A stretch of 64,000 nt of DNA from Setoptus koraiensis (Eukaryota; Animalia; Arthropoda): positions 10,974,001 through 11,038,000 of the forward strand of contig CM106585.1 in the NCBI GenBank assembly GCA_048013815.1, given 5' to 3'. The notes beneath the pieces were generated by a model. It ran no database searches. It was not told the DNA's origin and was given only the letters and a program-made list of their open reading frames with translations. The translations under genes were made by a program, and so were the position numbers. Shown here in pieces: positions 63,379 through 64,000 of this stretch; the stretch's first letter is position 1, and every line of letters starts with the position of its first letter.

Positions 63379-64000
63379 ATTTACAACTATCCGAGTGTTA
63401 GGGCTCGATTTTCTATGTGTCGCCGTTATTTTGTTTGAGTTTCGTTTGACTTACGAGTTCATGAGTCACCTTCGGCAACTTACAAGTGGCATTAGTAGGT
63501 GCCCTCACAAATTGTTAGTTACCATCAATCAGTGACCTCATTCGATACGACCAACGATGTGACCATCGACCATCATAAGTTCGCATAACATAATAATCAT
63601 GGATGTTGGTTTGGCCAAAGTGGCACATTTTAAGTAGTATTGCCGCTGGTGCTGAGTCAAGCCATTTGCCTCGGTACAAGTAGCCCGGTTTGGCCTCATT
63701 TTTAATTTTGACCAAACACTGCTCTCAATGCATTTACTGTTGAATCTGGCGGACAATTTGTCCGACAAGCTTGGTCAGACAGATCAGGACTAGAGTGAGG
63801 CCGTTGGACACACTATAGGGTCACGGGCAATGTCATACTGACTTAGACATGACGATGGTCGATGGTTGTTATGTCGTGTCGTGCTTGCTGAAGTAGTCTA
63901 GACAACTACTCTGCCTCTAAAGCATGCGTCGACCTCTAATGCAAGCATACATTAAAAGAAGAGGCTTGCATAACACTGAATAGTTTGGAGGCCCAATTTT

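Noticed and set aside
1-64000. rRNA, tRNA, snRNA or conserved miRNA genes
   Set aside because: No recognisable signatures by eye. An Infernal/Rfam or tRNAscan run would be needed to exclude them.

Overview
Eukaryotic genomic DNA from an arthropod-like animal. Short GT-AG introns, tightly packed genes and microsatellite-rich spacers suggest a compact mite-type genome (inference). Recognisable genes: NCLX/SLC8B1 Na/Ca exchanger (8849-11511), a Dmrt93B-like DM-domain transcription factor (15595-16632), and a dense housekeeping island at 22.5-30.3 kb (small WNDPP-motif ORF, PIGU, SNRPA1, UBE3C, TAF13). From 30.5 kb on the DNA is mostly non-coding, rich in simple repeats and in GGGGCCCC. It carries three intronless paralogues of an unnamed secreted six-cysteine protein family (44462-45487, 52655-53725, 58453-59517), each with a conserved promoter and poly(A) cassette. 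Most interesting: (1) a 113-bp-arm inverted repeat just upstream of the first paralogue, built partly from coding sequence of this family and sharing a perfect 21-nt match with it (candidate hairpin-RNA/endo-siRNA regulator); (2) about 355-bp inverted repeats bracketing the third paralogue; (3) an old tandem duplication of the NCLX-Dmrt block with reciprocal gene loss; (4) lower-confidence fossils: a possible negative-strand RNA virus L-gene insertion, a Rho-GTPase relic and MFS/SLC22-like relics. No rRNA, tRNA or CRISPR array was recognised. All alignments were done by eye; no searches were run.
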